From Octopus bimaculoides (taxonomy: Eukaryota), in assembly GCF_001194135.2 (NCBI RefSeq), contig NC_068982.1, positions 1,338,203 to 1,387,668 on the forward strand: a stretch of DNA of 49,466 bases. Reading direction: 5' to 3'. Positions within the stretch are counted from its first letter, which is position 1. Each line of letters opens with the position of its first letter. The notes beneath the pieces are model-generated. The model was not told where the DNA came from, made no database searches, and saw nothing but the letters and a program-made list of their open reading frames with translations. Below, piece by piece: positions 1 through 10,937 of this stretch. The position numbers and the translations under genes were made by a program.

Positions 1-182
1 TGACTGGCTCCCGTAGGATTTTCGAGTGAGATCATTGCCAGTGCCCCTGGACTGGCTTGTGCGGGTGGCACATAAAAGACACCATTTCGAGCGTGGCCGT
101 TTTCGTGCGGGTGACACGTAAAAGCACCCACTACACTCTCTGAGTGGTTGGCATTAGGAAGGGCATCCAGCTGTAGAAACTC
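1..182 (+). mobile_element. RTE-clade LINE 3' UTR fragment, truncated at 182
   Basis: Contains ggtg(g/a)cac(a/g)taaaag subrepeats and gtggttggcattaggaagggcatccagctgtagaaac. The same motif occurs in the minus-strand copy at 862-1290, which is linked to an RTE-like ORF end. Confidence 0.75.
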
Positions 183-317
183 GTTTAACGTCCGCTTTCC
201 ATGCTAGCATGGGTTGGACGATTTGACTGAGGACTGGTGAAACCGGATGGCTACACCAGGCTCCAATCTGATTTGGCAGAGTTTCTACAGCTGGATGCCC
301 TTCCTAATGCCAACCAC
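181..317 (-). mobile_element. Inverted 3' end of the same RTE element
   Basis: 279-317 is the exact reverse complement of 144-182. The rest matches the 3' terminal segment seen at about 870-1010. Confidence 0.8.
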
Positions 318-639
318 ACACACACACACACATACATATATATGTTGGCCAGAACACCTTGGTTAGCTGTATTTTATAAGGGTTTTTGTGGTTTTTATTA
401 TAATAATAATAACTTTACTCTCTTAACTGACCGAGTGCTATAGAAATTGTTGAAAATCACACACAGATTTTATTCCTTTTTATCAAAGCTGAAGCTGAGA
501 GTCTGCCTCATAACCTGAGTCTCATATCACTGCAATCATCAGGCAAAACTAACAAGACTCGGTGCTGTAAAACTGGAGTCAGGAGATCAATTCTCATCTT
601 CAGTTTTAATAAAAATACTATCTCCTTTACAACATGTAT

Positions 640-840
640 TGAGTACGCCTCTCTTGTTCATCTGGCATTAAGCAACCAGCCATAGAAACCATGCCAGAAC
701 AGAGAATCCCTGAGAACTACATTAAGGATACACATGTCTGTGGAGTACTCAGCCACTTGCATGGTAATTTCATGAGCAGGCTGCTCCATTGATCAGAACA
801 ACTGGAACACTCAACACTATAACCAACGGAGTTCCAGTTA
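640..840 (+). repeat. Unclassified interspersed repeat (SINE or LINE-tail like)
   Basis: Resembles an abundant octopus repeat as recalled (ctgtggagtactcagccacttgca...gagcaggctg...caactggaac). There is no second copy in the window to confirm it. Confidence 0.35.
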
Positions 841-861
841 TGTAATTGGGGTTTTATATAG

Positions 862-1290
862 CATCATCACCATCATTTAACATCTGCTGTCCATGCTGGC
901 ATGGGTTGGACAGTTTGACTGAGAACTGGTAAGCTGGGGAGCCTGCACCAGATTCCAGTCTGATTTGACATGGTTCCTACAGCTGGATGCCCTTCCTAAC
1001 GCCAACCACCTTACAGAGTGTAGTGGGTGCTTTTGACATGACAGTTATGAAACATTGGCATCGGCCATGACTACAATCTTACTTGGCTTAACAGGTCTTC
1101 TCAAGTGCTGTATATTGCCAACGGTCACTTGTCACTGCCTCTGTGAGGCCCAACATTCAGAGGGTGCATTTTACGTGCCACCATCATGGGTACCAGTTAA
1201 GTGACACTAGCCTTTGCCATGACTACGATTTCACTTGGCTTGAAGGGTCTTCTCTAGCACAGCATATCACCAAAGGTGTCGGCCACTTAG
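862..1290 (-). mobile_element. RTE-clade LINE 3' end (ORF C-terminus, 3' UTR and (GAT)n-like tail), with the ORF-end module tandemly duplicated
   Basis: Minus strand encodes MLGLTEAVTSDRWQYTALEKT, similar to an RTE ORF terminus. A module of about 140 bp occurs twice (about 1040-1170 and 1170-1290), and the tail reads tgatggtgatgatg. Confidence 0.7.
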
Positions 1291-1552
1291 CTACATGTTA
1301 CTAATTGGTGTCTACAAAGATTTCTACAGTACCCTCTATGCAGTTAAATTTTAAAATAAAGTATTCTGTAAATTAATACTGGTAAACAGTAATCCCTTTG
1401 ATTAAGCATAAAAACAGCATGTGTTTTCTCTTTGTCAAAATACTTTTCCGTCTACAAAGAATGACCTGAACACACCTACAAAACCGAAATTCTGTTTATC
1501 TTTGAAAACATGAAGTTTGATTCGTTCATCTCCTCATTAATTTCATCCTTTA

Positions 1553-1712
1553 CCCTTTGCTTGTTTCAGTCATTAGACTGTGGTCATGCTGGGGCACCAC
1601 ATACAAGAATTTTAGTCAAACAAATTGACCCCCAGTACTCACATTATTAAAGCCTTGGACTTAGTCTGTTGGTCTCTTTTGCCGAACTGCTAAGTTATGG
1701 TGACATAAGTTT
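1553..1712 (-). mobile_element. CORE-type tRNA SINE, 3' half
   Basis: Reverse complement of the 3' half of the full copy at 4193-4576 (ttcggcaaaagagacc...ggggtc...ccccagcatgaccacagtctaatgactgaaacaag). Confidence 0.8.
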
Positions 1713-1896
1713 TCCAGCCATGGCTTTTCCATTAAGTTTTTTAATAATTACACTTCTCACTCCATCCCTGGGAACAGTTTTCCTAATGCTTCTTTAAATA
1801 ATGCATAGTTTTGCATCTGCAAAGAAATCAACAAATTTAATCTTAATTTTGAAAATGTGTTGTTTATATTCTAAGAGTTTCACAGAAGTTTTCATT

Positions 1897-2465
1897 GGTG
1901 CAGGTTTGGCTGTGTAGTAAGAATTTTGCTTTCCAACCATATGGTTCCGGGTTTCAATCCCACTGCATGGTATCTTGGGCAAGTGTCTTCTACAATTGCC
2001 TTGGGCCAACCAAAGCATCAAATGGATTTGGTAAACGGAAATTGAAATCCCATTGTGTGTGTCCCACCGCTGTTTTATTTTAGTTTTTAAAGTCATACCA
2101 ACTCATAAGGACCGGTTTCTCGGTTTTCATGGCATCTCTATTCCCCAAATGGACGGGACGCCAGTCCGTGGCAGGATTACTCGTTCTTACAAGCTGCGTG
2201 GACTGGGGCAGCGTGAAACGAAGTGTTTTGCTCAAGAACACAATGCGTCGCTCGGTCCAAGAATCGAAACCACAATCTTACACTCATGAGTCCAACATCC
2301 TAACCACTAGATCACCGCTGCTTGATAACCGGTGGGCCTAAGAAGCCGAGAAAATAATTAAGGCTCTAAAAGAAAATAAGCATTGGGGTCGATTCTTTTG
2401 ACTAAAAACCCTTGAAGGCAGTGTTGTGGCATGGCCGCAGTCAAATAACTGAAACAAAAATAAAG
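1897..2465 (+). mobile_element. CORE-type tRNA SINE interrupted by another SINE
   Basis: 1897-2070 matches the head and core of 4193-4330 (ggttccgggtt...cttgggcaagtgtcttcta). 2370-2465 matches its 3' tail. Confidence 0.75.
2095..2325 (-). mobile_element. tRNA-derived SINE (second family)
   Basis: Reverse complement aligns with the plus-strand copy at 41391-41650 (tagtggttagg...gttcttgagcaaaacacttc...ggactggcgtcccgtcca). Confidence 0.8.
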
Positions 2466-3143
2466 GCTACATTGGCGTAACAGGTTCGTCGTCGCTCATT
2501 CTCGAACGTGTTTCATTCATTCCTTCTTACTTCTTGCCCTTGCAATACAAGAAAGCCTATTAACATGTTAACAAAATTCAATAACAGTAAAAGATATTTA
2601 CATTAGAATCTTGGCGAGGAATTAAAAGTGAAGAATTCTTCGTTAGCGGAGAAGAGAAATGGAAATAAGAGGGTTGGCCGGTGCTGAATGAAAACAATCC
2701 CCTTTAGTAAAATTTTCCAGTAAACTAAAGTATGGGGAAGAATTTTATAAGTACTTTGTCCAGGAGTATTTTTCTTTGTCATTTGACTTCCACGGAAAAT
2801 GAAACATTGTACAAACGGAGGAATAAAAAATGTGTGCAAGTAAATCATAACAGAATTTATAGTTACCAATGAATGCATATTATTCGCGTAATTATTTAGA
2901 CGCTGATCTAAATCTTGTCGTATTGTACATTGAACCCTTTTGCGGTTAATAAAGAAAATACAATTCTATTGTACATCTAAGCTTCAAAACAGATGAAGAA
3001 CTTCTTGTCCTGTCCCAGTTAAAGGCTTTCTGGAAATATGCGAACCACTTCCGAAACAATGTGTGGCGAGCGGAAATAAAGATAAGAAATAAACAATTGA
3101 CTGCATTTCTCAAATTAATTTCACTTTCAAATCCCGCGGAGGC

Positions 3144-3150
3144 AGAGAGA

Positions 3151-3211
<61 letters not shown>
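3144..3211. repeat. (GA)n microsatellite abutting an assembly gap
   Basis: Direct reading. Confidence 0.95.
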
Positions 3212-4192
3212 NNNNNNNNNNNNNNNNNNNNNNNNNNNNNNNNNNNNNNNNNNNNNNNNNNNNNNNNNNNNNNNNNNNNNNNNNNNNNNNNNNNNNNNNN
3301 NNNNNNNNNNNNNNNNNNNNNNNNNNNNNNNNNNNNNNNNNNNNNNNNNNNNNNNNNNNNNNNNNNNNNNNNNNNNNNNNNNNNNNNNNNNNNNNNNNNN
3401 NNNNNNNNNNNNNNNNNNNNNNNNNNNNNNNNNNNNAAACGAGGTTGACTAAGTAAATAAGAAACCAAACGATTTTCGTAACATCTTTTTATTAATTGAG
3501 AAAATAATTTGGTTGGATAATTATTTTTTCCAACTTTCGACGATGGGATTTGATCTGTTGGAGGATTAACTTTGCACGTAAGTCCTTACCAACCAACGTT
3601 ACACAGGAATTATGTCCCTTTAAGTTATCTCCCTTAAAGGGAATAGTATCAGATGAATTACTTCCCTTGAAATTGATAAACGTAATCGAATTTGTATAGC
3701 GATAAATCGAACTTTAACAATAAATATTCATAATAATGAGTATATATTACGCTGGGGAAACTCATGACAATTTATAAAATGCTATAATTTCCGATAGTAT
3801 TTGATATTTTTTCACGCAGTTAAGAAAGCAGTGAGAAAGAGTTGAGTTATGAAGACTAAATAAATAACTGCTAAGATAAAATAAATGCTGTAAACTTCGT
3901 GCGTGAGACATTCACGAAGCATTTGATCATATTTGGCGGACGAGTTTTACTGCAAAACTGCCTGCTTAGACGTCCCATTTGTCCACATCGACACAAACTA
4001 TCAAACATGGTGTGTACAAAGTTGTGCTTTTGTCCCCTCGCAATTATTTACAACAAAGAAAAGTTAGCAGCAATACTATATCAGTAAACTTTACTAAAAC
4101 AAACAGTTACTATGGACAGACACAATATCATTCTATCGAAACATAATTATAAAATCGATAACTGGCTTATTGAGAAATTTCATCAAGATCAA

Positions 4193-4576
4193 GGCGTCGG
4201 AGTGGCTGTGTGGTAAATAGGTTGCTTCCGGGTTCAGTCCTACTGCGTGGCACCTTGGGTAAGTGTCTTCTACTATAGCCTTGGGCCGACCAAAGCCTCA
4301 TGAGTGGATTTGATAGACGGAAACTGAAAGAAGCCCGTCGCATATATGTGTATATGTATGTATATATGTATGTGCTTGTGTGTCTGTGTTTGTCCCCCCA
4401 ACAACGCTTGACAACCGATGCTGGTGTGTTTACGTCCCCGTAACTTAGCGGTTCGGCAAAAAAGACCGACAGAATAAGTACTAGGCTTACAAAGAATAAG
4501 TCCTGGGGTCGATTTGCTCGACTAAAGGTGGTGCTCCAGCATGGCCACAGTCAAATGACTGAAACAAGTAAAAGAG
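4193..4576 (+). mobile_element. Near full-length CORE-type tRNA-derived SINE (octopus OR-like)
   Basis: A-box-like ggagtggctgtgtgg, B-box-like ggttcagtcc, CORE-like ccttgggtaagtgtcttctactatagcc, internal TA/TG microsatellite, and 3' tail ggtgctccagcatggccacagtcaaatgactgaaacaagtaaaag. Several partial copies occur in the window. Confidence 0.85.
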
Positions 4577-4996
4577 TATTTGAAAAGTTATTGTGCGCAA
4601 TTTCGATAGTTGAAGTTTGAATGGCTAGTTAATTTGCATATCTATTTGAATTTTAAACTTCTTCTAAAAAGAGGTTTGACACAAGTAACCCGCACACCAA
4701 ACTTGGTCAGTATGATTAAGAAATTTCGATTGAAAAGAATTATATTTGTGTATCTATCTATAGTAACCACGTATTTTATTGAAATTTAGTCAAATAGTAT
4801 CACAGCTAGCTTTTCTCGGTTCTTTCCGAGTATACCAAAGAAAGACTAACATTCTAGAATCAAAATAGAAAACCTGAATAGGTTAGTACAAAGTTAGGAA
4901 ATTGGAGAATCGAAGTAAATGGGCAGCTTGGTTTTTAATCATCATCATCATCAGCAGCAGCAGCAGCGATGACGACGGCGACAACAGCAACGCTAC

Positions 4997-5296
4997 TGCG
5001 TCATTGAAGCATGCAAATATATTTTCTTTAGAGGACTTTTTCAAAATTAGGAGGAAAGAAATCAGTGGACTTCTTTCGTGTCTTCTAAAAACTGACTGAA
5101 ATGCTAATCAAAAAAAAAAGAAAAAAGAAAAACAGACATAGACTTTTGCAATCCCCGCCAAACCATGAGATTAATCGGCATGACGTCACTCGCCAACACC
5201 ATCGACCTCTGACGTAACGCATATACTTTCTCATTTCTGTATCTTTTCTACCCCTATTACAGTCCTTGCTCCTTAGAGGGGTAACTGGTCTCATTC
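4997..5296. promoter_or_regulatory. CpG-containing motif cluster: CRE/ATF sites, an E2F-like site and an Inr-like motif
   Basis: TGCGTCA 4997-5003, CCCCGCCAAA 5153-5162, TGACGTCA 5181-5188, TGACGTAA 5210-5217 and TCATTC 5291-5296, all in apparently non-repetitive sequence. Confidence 0.35.
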
Positions 5297-5832
5297 AGGT
5301 TCCATTCACTCCTTCCACACCTCGCCTCTCACCTCTCCTCTGCCAGTCACCCGATCCTTTATCTCTGGAATATTGGTTGTATTTTTGCTACAGCCGTTAA
5401 CATGCAACTTGTTCAAATTCACTTAGAATGATTTTTGGTCAAATCGCAGTTCGATCCATACTGCTATGAAATGCAATCCTTGATCAATGGTTCAGAAACT
5501 GACAGACACCAGTGAATTCAAATCAAAATTAGCGAAATATTTTGCGCTCCCATCCCTCATACTTTGTTACTGAAATGATGAAGTAGATTTTGTATCCAGA
5601 TGATGGACACTTTTATAATAGGTGGAAACCATCTTAATTTTATTAAACATAACAACTTGCTCGCCCTTATTTCAATTCTCACAGGAATTTCGCCAAAGGA
5701 AACTATTGTTCACTTTACACCTTCGCCGTTTTGACGATTTTTACAGATGAAAACAACGCATAACAATGTCATTCGTTACGAAGAGTTATTTCCCTTGTAC
5801 CACTAACCGCTTGCTGCAACAGAATTTCCTAC

Positions 5833-5914
5833 CTTGTGCTGGGTCAGGAAAGCGATCCCGTCCGCGAAATTCTTTTTCTCACGAGAGTTCCGGACCCCAG
5901 CAATGAGCTCATTT

Positions 5915-5915
<1 letters not shown>
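5833..5915 (-). other. Possible non-coding or first exon ending in a splice donor
   Basis: Minus strand CACAAG|GTAGGA donor at 5833/5832, in CpG-rich non-repetitive sequence with TCTCGTGAGA and CCGGAA motifs. There is no good acceptor. Confidence 0.25.
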
Positions 5916-5916
<1 letters not shown>

Positions 5917-5976
<60 letters not shown>

Positions 5977-6152
5977 ACACACACACACACGACGGGTTGT
6001 TTTTAGTTTTCGTCAGTCAACCAAATCTACTCACAAGGGTTTGCTCGGGCCGAGGCTTTAGTAGAAGACACTTATTCAAGGTGCCACGCATCGGGACTGA
6101 ATCCTGGACCACGAGGTTGGGAAACAAGCTTCTTTCCACACAGCCTTGCCTG
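5917..6152 (-). mobile_element. CORE-type SINE 5' half with its internal (CA)n tract
   Basis: 5990-6152 is the reverse complement of the head and core of 4193-4340. (CA)n occupies 5917-5989. Confidence 0.8.
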
Positions 6153-6162
6153 CATCTTATGT

Positions 6163-6198
<36 letters not shown>

Positions 6199-6483
6199 GC
6201 ATAGTGTGTGTTAAATTGTAATGGGTTCATTGGTAAATACCGTTCCGGATGCCTATCTAGATTTCCTAGGGGTAGAAGATGCTCCCTTTATAATTGGGGA
6301 AAAAAAAACCCAACCTAATTCCTAGAGTTGCTCTTTTAGGAATAAGATAGTCCAACATAAAACTTGCAGCCAGTACAGAAGAACCAGTCATCTTTCATCG
6401 CTTGTCACTGGAGCTCACTATGTTGATTGAGAGAATGGAAAATGTGCCTCACAAGCTTGTGTTGCTTAAATCTAATGACTAAC

Positions 6484-6563
6484 TTTTCATTTCTTGATCC
6501 ATTTTCTAGTTTATAAAGTTCGAGAGCGAGGGACATGTGGCGTGAACAGTCATATCCGCTGAC
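6484..6563 (-). CDS. Candidate internal coding exon (80 nt, phase 0 to 2), VSGYDCSRHMSLALELYKLENGSRNE; product unknown
   Basis: Acceptor gtatttttccttcctgcag|GTC and donor GAAAA|gttagt on the minus strand. Only one frame is open, and the sequence appears non-repetitive. Confidence 0.4.
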
Positions 6564-6639
6564 CTGCAGGAAGGAAAAATACATCAGGACAATCAAGCCG
6601 AATGTGAGGCATCTATCATCTGAGAAAATGGAGGCAATC

Positions 6640-6819
6640 ATGTATGTATGTATGTATGCGCGTATGTATGTATGTATGTATGTATGTATGTATGTATGTA
6701 TGTATGTATGTATGCATGTATGTATGTATGCATGCATGTATGTATGTATGTATGCATGTATGTGTGTATGTATGCATGTATTTATGTATGCATGTATGTA
6801 TGTATTTATGTATGTATGC
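6640..6819. repeat. (TATG)n / (CATA)n tetranucleotide array
   Basis: Direct reading. Confidence 0.95.
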
Positions 6820-7583
6820 TATTGTTCAGTTTTATTTCAAGATTTCTTGCCAATAAAGAGCTGGTTTCTAACCTAGATCCAAGGCTCGTTCATTGGAATT
6901 TCATCAACAACAAGGTTNNNNNNNNNNNNNNNNNNNNNNNNNNNNNNNNNNNNNNNNNNNNNNNNNNNNNNNNNNNNNNNNNNNTGTATGTATGTATGTA
7001 TGTATGTATGTATGTGTGTGTGTATGTAAGTATGTTTTATGTATGTATTCTCATGCATATAGTTACATATCTAGACAAACTCATATATATATAAATGATA
7101 AACTTCTGGGAAGCTTTACAAGTTTTTACAGTTCCAGTGATGGATTGGATCTGTAGTCTTCGAATCAGCTTTCTCATTTTTGGTTTTGAGAAGCCTAATT
7201 TCTCAAGATTGGTATTTAGGCAGTGTGTTCCACAACTGTGCACAGTTTCTCTTCTCTGTCCCAAATCATTATATCAGGCCTGTAGTGCTTACATTTTATT
7301 GAGGTCTTCACTGGGACAGTCCACCAGTATTCTCTTTTATTATGAGTGGCTATGGCTTCTATCATATTGTGGGTTCTTATTTCTTTATCCTCGAGGTTAT
7401 GTTTCCATCAGATTTCATCATACAGTGTCCAGACTACATTATGTCTCCTTTATAAAAAAGCCGTGATCACATTTTCGAACAATTGTTTATGACGTGAACG
7501 ATGTCTTCGGTGTTAACTCCACAAAATCTGCATCGATGGTCACATTTTACTGCTTTTCCTGCATCTCTGCTCCTTTTATACAT
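6819..7583 (-). mobile_element. 5'-truncated non-LTR retrotransposon with CCHC knuckle and restriction-like endonuclease (RLE), plus 3' UTR
   Basis: Minus strand gives CRFCGVNTEDIVHVINNC (CCHC), then YWWTVPVKTSIKCKHYRPDIMIWDREEKLCTVVE (PD-(D/E)xK start) and LGFSKPKMRKLIRRLQIQSITGTVK, with stops and frameshifts. Its 3' UTR matches 34293-34610. Confidence 0.8.
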
Positions 7584-7608
7584 GTATGTATATATATGTG
7601 TGTATGTA

Positions 7609-7641
<33 letters not shown>

Positions 7642-7765
7642 ATGTATGTATGCATGTGTGTGTGTGTGAATGTAGGATTTTTTCTTTGAGTTTTATCTAA
7701 GTTTTTGAGATTAAAGGAATTCCCGGTGTTTGTATGTGCATGAGTTGGTGTTGGTGCACCAAAGT

Positions 7766-7813
<48 letters not shown>

Positions 7814-8680
7814 GCACGCACTCCCCCACTCAATATATTTGGCTTCGTTTTATTTCATCTAAGGGAAACAAGACCATGGTAATGATTACTTCCCTTCGCT
7901 TTTCTGACCGAAAGTATTCATTGTAATCCATTTCATTCATATTGATTCCGCATTTCTTTCTCGGTCTCTCATTGCTTTTCTTTCTGTCTCTTTTCCGTCT
8001 CCGTCTTCCATCCTTGTATCAAGTGTTTCTCTTGAGAACCTGATAATAATTAACCATTGTTACTTTTCTGTGTTCGTAAAAGTTGGGCTATTTCTCGTGC
8101 TGGCATTTTTGCTTTATTCTTCAGACGCTTATGAAACATTAAACTTTTATGTCCAACAAGCGTCTGAAGAATAAAACAGGGCTCAGCAAACAGGAATAAA
8201 TTACCCCAAGTGGGGGTAAAAATGCAATTCTTGTGGGTACTGAGGACTCATAAGACAAAAGTCAAATTATATAAAAAAACGTGTTCCTTGTTTATGACAG
8301 TTTTTCTGCTGGCATGAAGAGGCAGTGAAAAGGTTGCTGCCTTTTGCAACAACCTATCTTTACGAATAAGGATTTTCTACTCTAATGAACAAAAAAACAA
8401 AAAGTAGGAATCAACTGGACCTCGAAGACTGTATCCAAATTGCTCTGGCATCAAAATGTCCCAATTTTGATGTAATTTTAACAAAAATGAAACATCATTT
8501 CTCCAAAACCTGAAGTAAAAAGGTTTCATAATGAGGATATTAATGTATTTTATCGCATTTGTTTTATACTTTTTATATTTATAATTGTATTCTCCATATA
8601 AATAGATTCAATAAACCTTTTGAATTAAAAAAAATCTACGATTTTCTTCCTTTCAAATCAAGTGGAGTAACGTTGGCATA

Positions 8681-9414
8681 CGAGATCTGATCAATAAGTA
8701 TCTGAACTGTTGCCATAGTAACGAAGCTAAAGCACGCAGAATAAAGCCGCTAGACACAGATTGATCTTGCACTCTGCTGTGCATGTGCACCAAGTTTTAA
8801 CATTCTAGCTCATTTCCGCTGTTTACAGAAGTGCTTGGAAGGGACGTGTGTAGCGTGCGATCGTGGTATTCACCACGACAGAGAAAGTTGTCATGGCGAT
8901 ACCTGCTCAGAGGCCAACGCAAAGTTGCAGAACGTGTATAGAGAGGAGTGCATGAGTTGCACACAAGTGTACAAGTGGTCCAGGCGTTTCCAAGATGGCT
9001 GAACGTTCTGGGAGACCCGCAGCCCGTAGAACTGAGGAAAACATCACAGATGTGTGTGCAACTGCGAGGGGAAATCGTTGAATCACCATCCATGAGTTAT
9101 CAGAGGATGTGCAGATTAGTTACGGTTCAGTTCAGTCTATTATTATTGAAGATTTGGGTATGAGATGCTTGTCTGCCAAATTTGTGCCAAAACTGCTTTC
9201 TGCTGACCAAAAAGACACTCGGGTTTCAGTTGCACAAGATCTTCTTGATTGTGTCGAGAACGATGAAAACATTTTGAAAACTTTGTGTAGGCCTCTGAGC
9301 AGGTATCGCCAAAATTTTGGCAAAATTTGATGCAGCTTCTCTGCTCAACTTTCTGTCATGATACACACGTTCCTTCGACGCATTGCTGTAAACAGCGGAC
9401 GTGAACTAGAATGT
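8681..9414 (+). mobile_element. Defective mariner (Tc1/mariner) transposon with long TIRs
   Basis: TA|CGAGATCTGATCAATAAGTA left end. Decayed transposase KWSRRFQDG...RSGRP...ITIHELSEDVQISYGSVQSIIIEDLGMRCLSAKFVPKLLSADQK (WVPHEL-equivalent motif). 9360-9414 is an inverted copy of 8800-8854. Confidence 0.85.
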
Positions 9415-9630
9415 GGCGAGGTGACAGAGTCGTTAGCACGCCGGACGAAACGCTGCTAAGCGTTTCGTCCGTTACTACGTTCTGAGTTCAAATTAATCCT
9501 AGGTCAATATTGCCTTTCATCTTTTCGGGGTCAATAAAATAAGTACCAGTTGAACACTGGGGTCGATGTAATTGATTCATCACCCCATTCCAAATTGCTG
9601 GCCTTGTGGCAATATTTGAAACTATTATTA
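9415..9630 (+). mobile_element. Meta-type tRNA SINE
   Basis: Head ggcgaggtgacagagtcgttagc, B-box gagttcaaat, and central gcctttcatcttttcggggtcaataaaataagtacc (MetaSINE-like domain). About 12 copies or fragments occur in the window. Confidence 0.85.
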
Positions 9631-9749
9631 TTATCATTTTTATTACTTACTTCCTTCCTTAGGTGGTGAGCTGGCAGAATTGTTAATACGCCTGGCAAAA
9701 CGTTTAGTAGATGTAGAAGCTATTTATTTTATTGGATATTCATTGTATA

Positions 9750-10150
9750 GAATGTTCCTTCCGCCAGTTCGCTGCGAAATAATCTCTTGGGGAGTTGCCT
9801 GTCAGGCATTCAAACAAGGTGGCCTATCTGACTTGCGCTCTCCTTAGCAGTACATAAATGCTAAGACAGGACCTCCGCATCTGGGAGCTTGTCTTGCCAG
9901 GCGATTTTCAACAGCTTTCTGAGGCAGTTCATGTGGAAGCGTTTTATACACATTATAAGAGCGTTGTAGATGGAGAAACATTGGCTTTGTCGGTTAAATG
10001 GCTTAAGGCATTTGATTATCTTCCATTACGTTTTGAGTTCATAGCACTCGAAGGTCGACTTCAGCGTTTTTCCCCGTCAAGATCGTTTCAACAAATATTA
10101 AGATTAAAGCCATTGAAATCGACTATACGTCCACCGCCCGGCATTGTGCC
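9750..10150 (-). mobile_element. RTE/BovB-like LINE, post-RT C-terminal fragment (pseudogenised)
   Basis: Minus strand RFHMNCLRKLLKIAWQDKLPDAEVLS*...LLRRAQVR*.GHLV*MPDRQLPKRLFRSELAEG. Confidence 0.8.
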
Positions 10151-10294
10151 TAATATATATACACCTTTTACTTAATATATACACCTTTTACTTAATATAT
10201 ACACCTTTTACTTAATATATACACCTTTTACTTAATATATACACCTTTTACTTAATATATACACCTTTTACTTAATATATACACCTTTTACTTA
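10151..10294. repeat. Perfect 20-bp minisatellite (acaccttttacttaatatat), about 7 copies
   Basis: acacctttta recurs at 10161, 10181, 10201, 10221, 10241, 10261 and 10281. Confidence 0.95.
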
Positions 10295-10879
10295 TACATC
10301 CGATTTGCTGACTATCTACGAGGTATCCTGTTGCAAAAAATTAATATTTGATTTAATTAAATTTGATTTAATTTGGATTATTTTAACTTTTAATTCATCT
10401 TCCTCACACTTTCACGCATCCATGTACATAGCTTGCATCCCCTATATACTACATACATACCTACAGCACACGCATACACACGCACGCTCACACACACGTC
10501 TCCATATCTTTGCATATACAAAATCCCTTCACACACATCAATACACACACACACACACACATAGATACACATGCACAGATATACATACACACACACGCAT
10601 ATATACCTCCCTCACGCATACGCAAACATGCATACGCTCACATATACATATGCAGTTACACTTGCTGCCCGAAATGGTAAGGACATCTGGTATCTCGACT
10701 GAAGATAGAAGGCCACGAATGACCCGTCCTTTTCCCCCCCTGTCCTTCTAATTGTTGTTTCTCCTGTCCGCCTTTGTATCGTCTATCTGTCCGTATGTCT
10801 TATTGTCCTCTGATGCGTTTTTGCCCCATTTATTTTATTTATATATATATATATATACATAAATACACACACACACACA

Positions 10880-10937
<58 letters not shown>

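Noticed and set aside
4902-5099. ORF with poly-I, poly-S and poly-D runs
   Set aside because: It arises from adjacent ATC, AGC and GAC trinucleotide repeats, with no splice or homology support.
10151-10294. CRISPR-like periodicity
   Set aside because: The units are contiguous with no unique spacers, the context is eukaryotic, and there are no cas genes.
10660-10830. ccc-GAAA-tggta resembling the 3' half of a hammerhead followed by a PLE-like tail
   Set aside because: No upstream CUGANGA, so too little remains to call.
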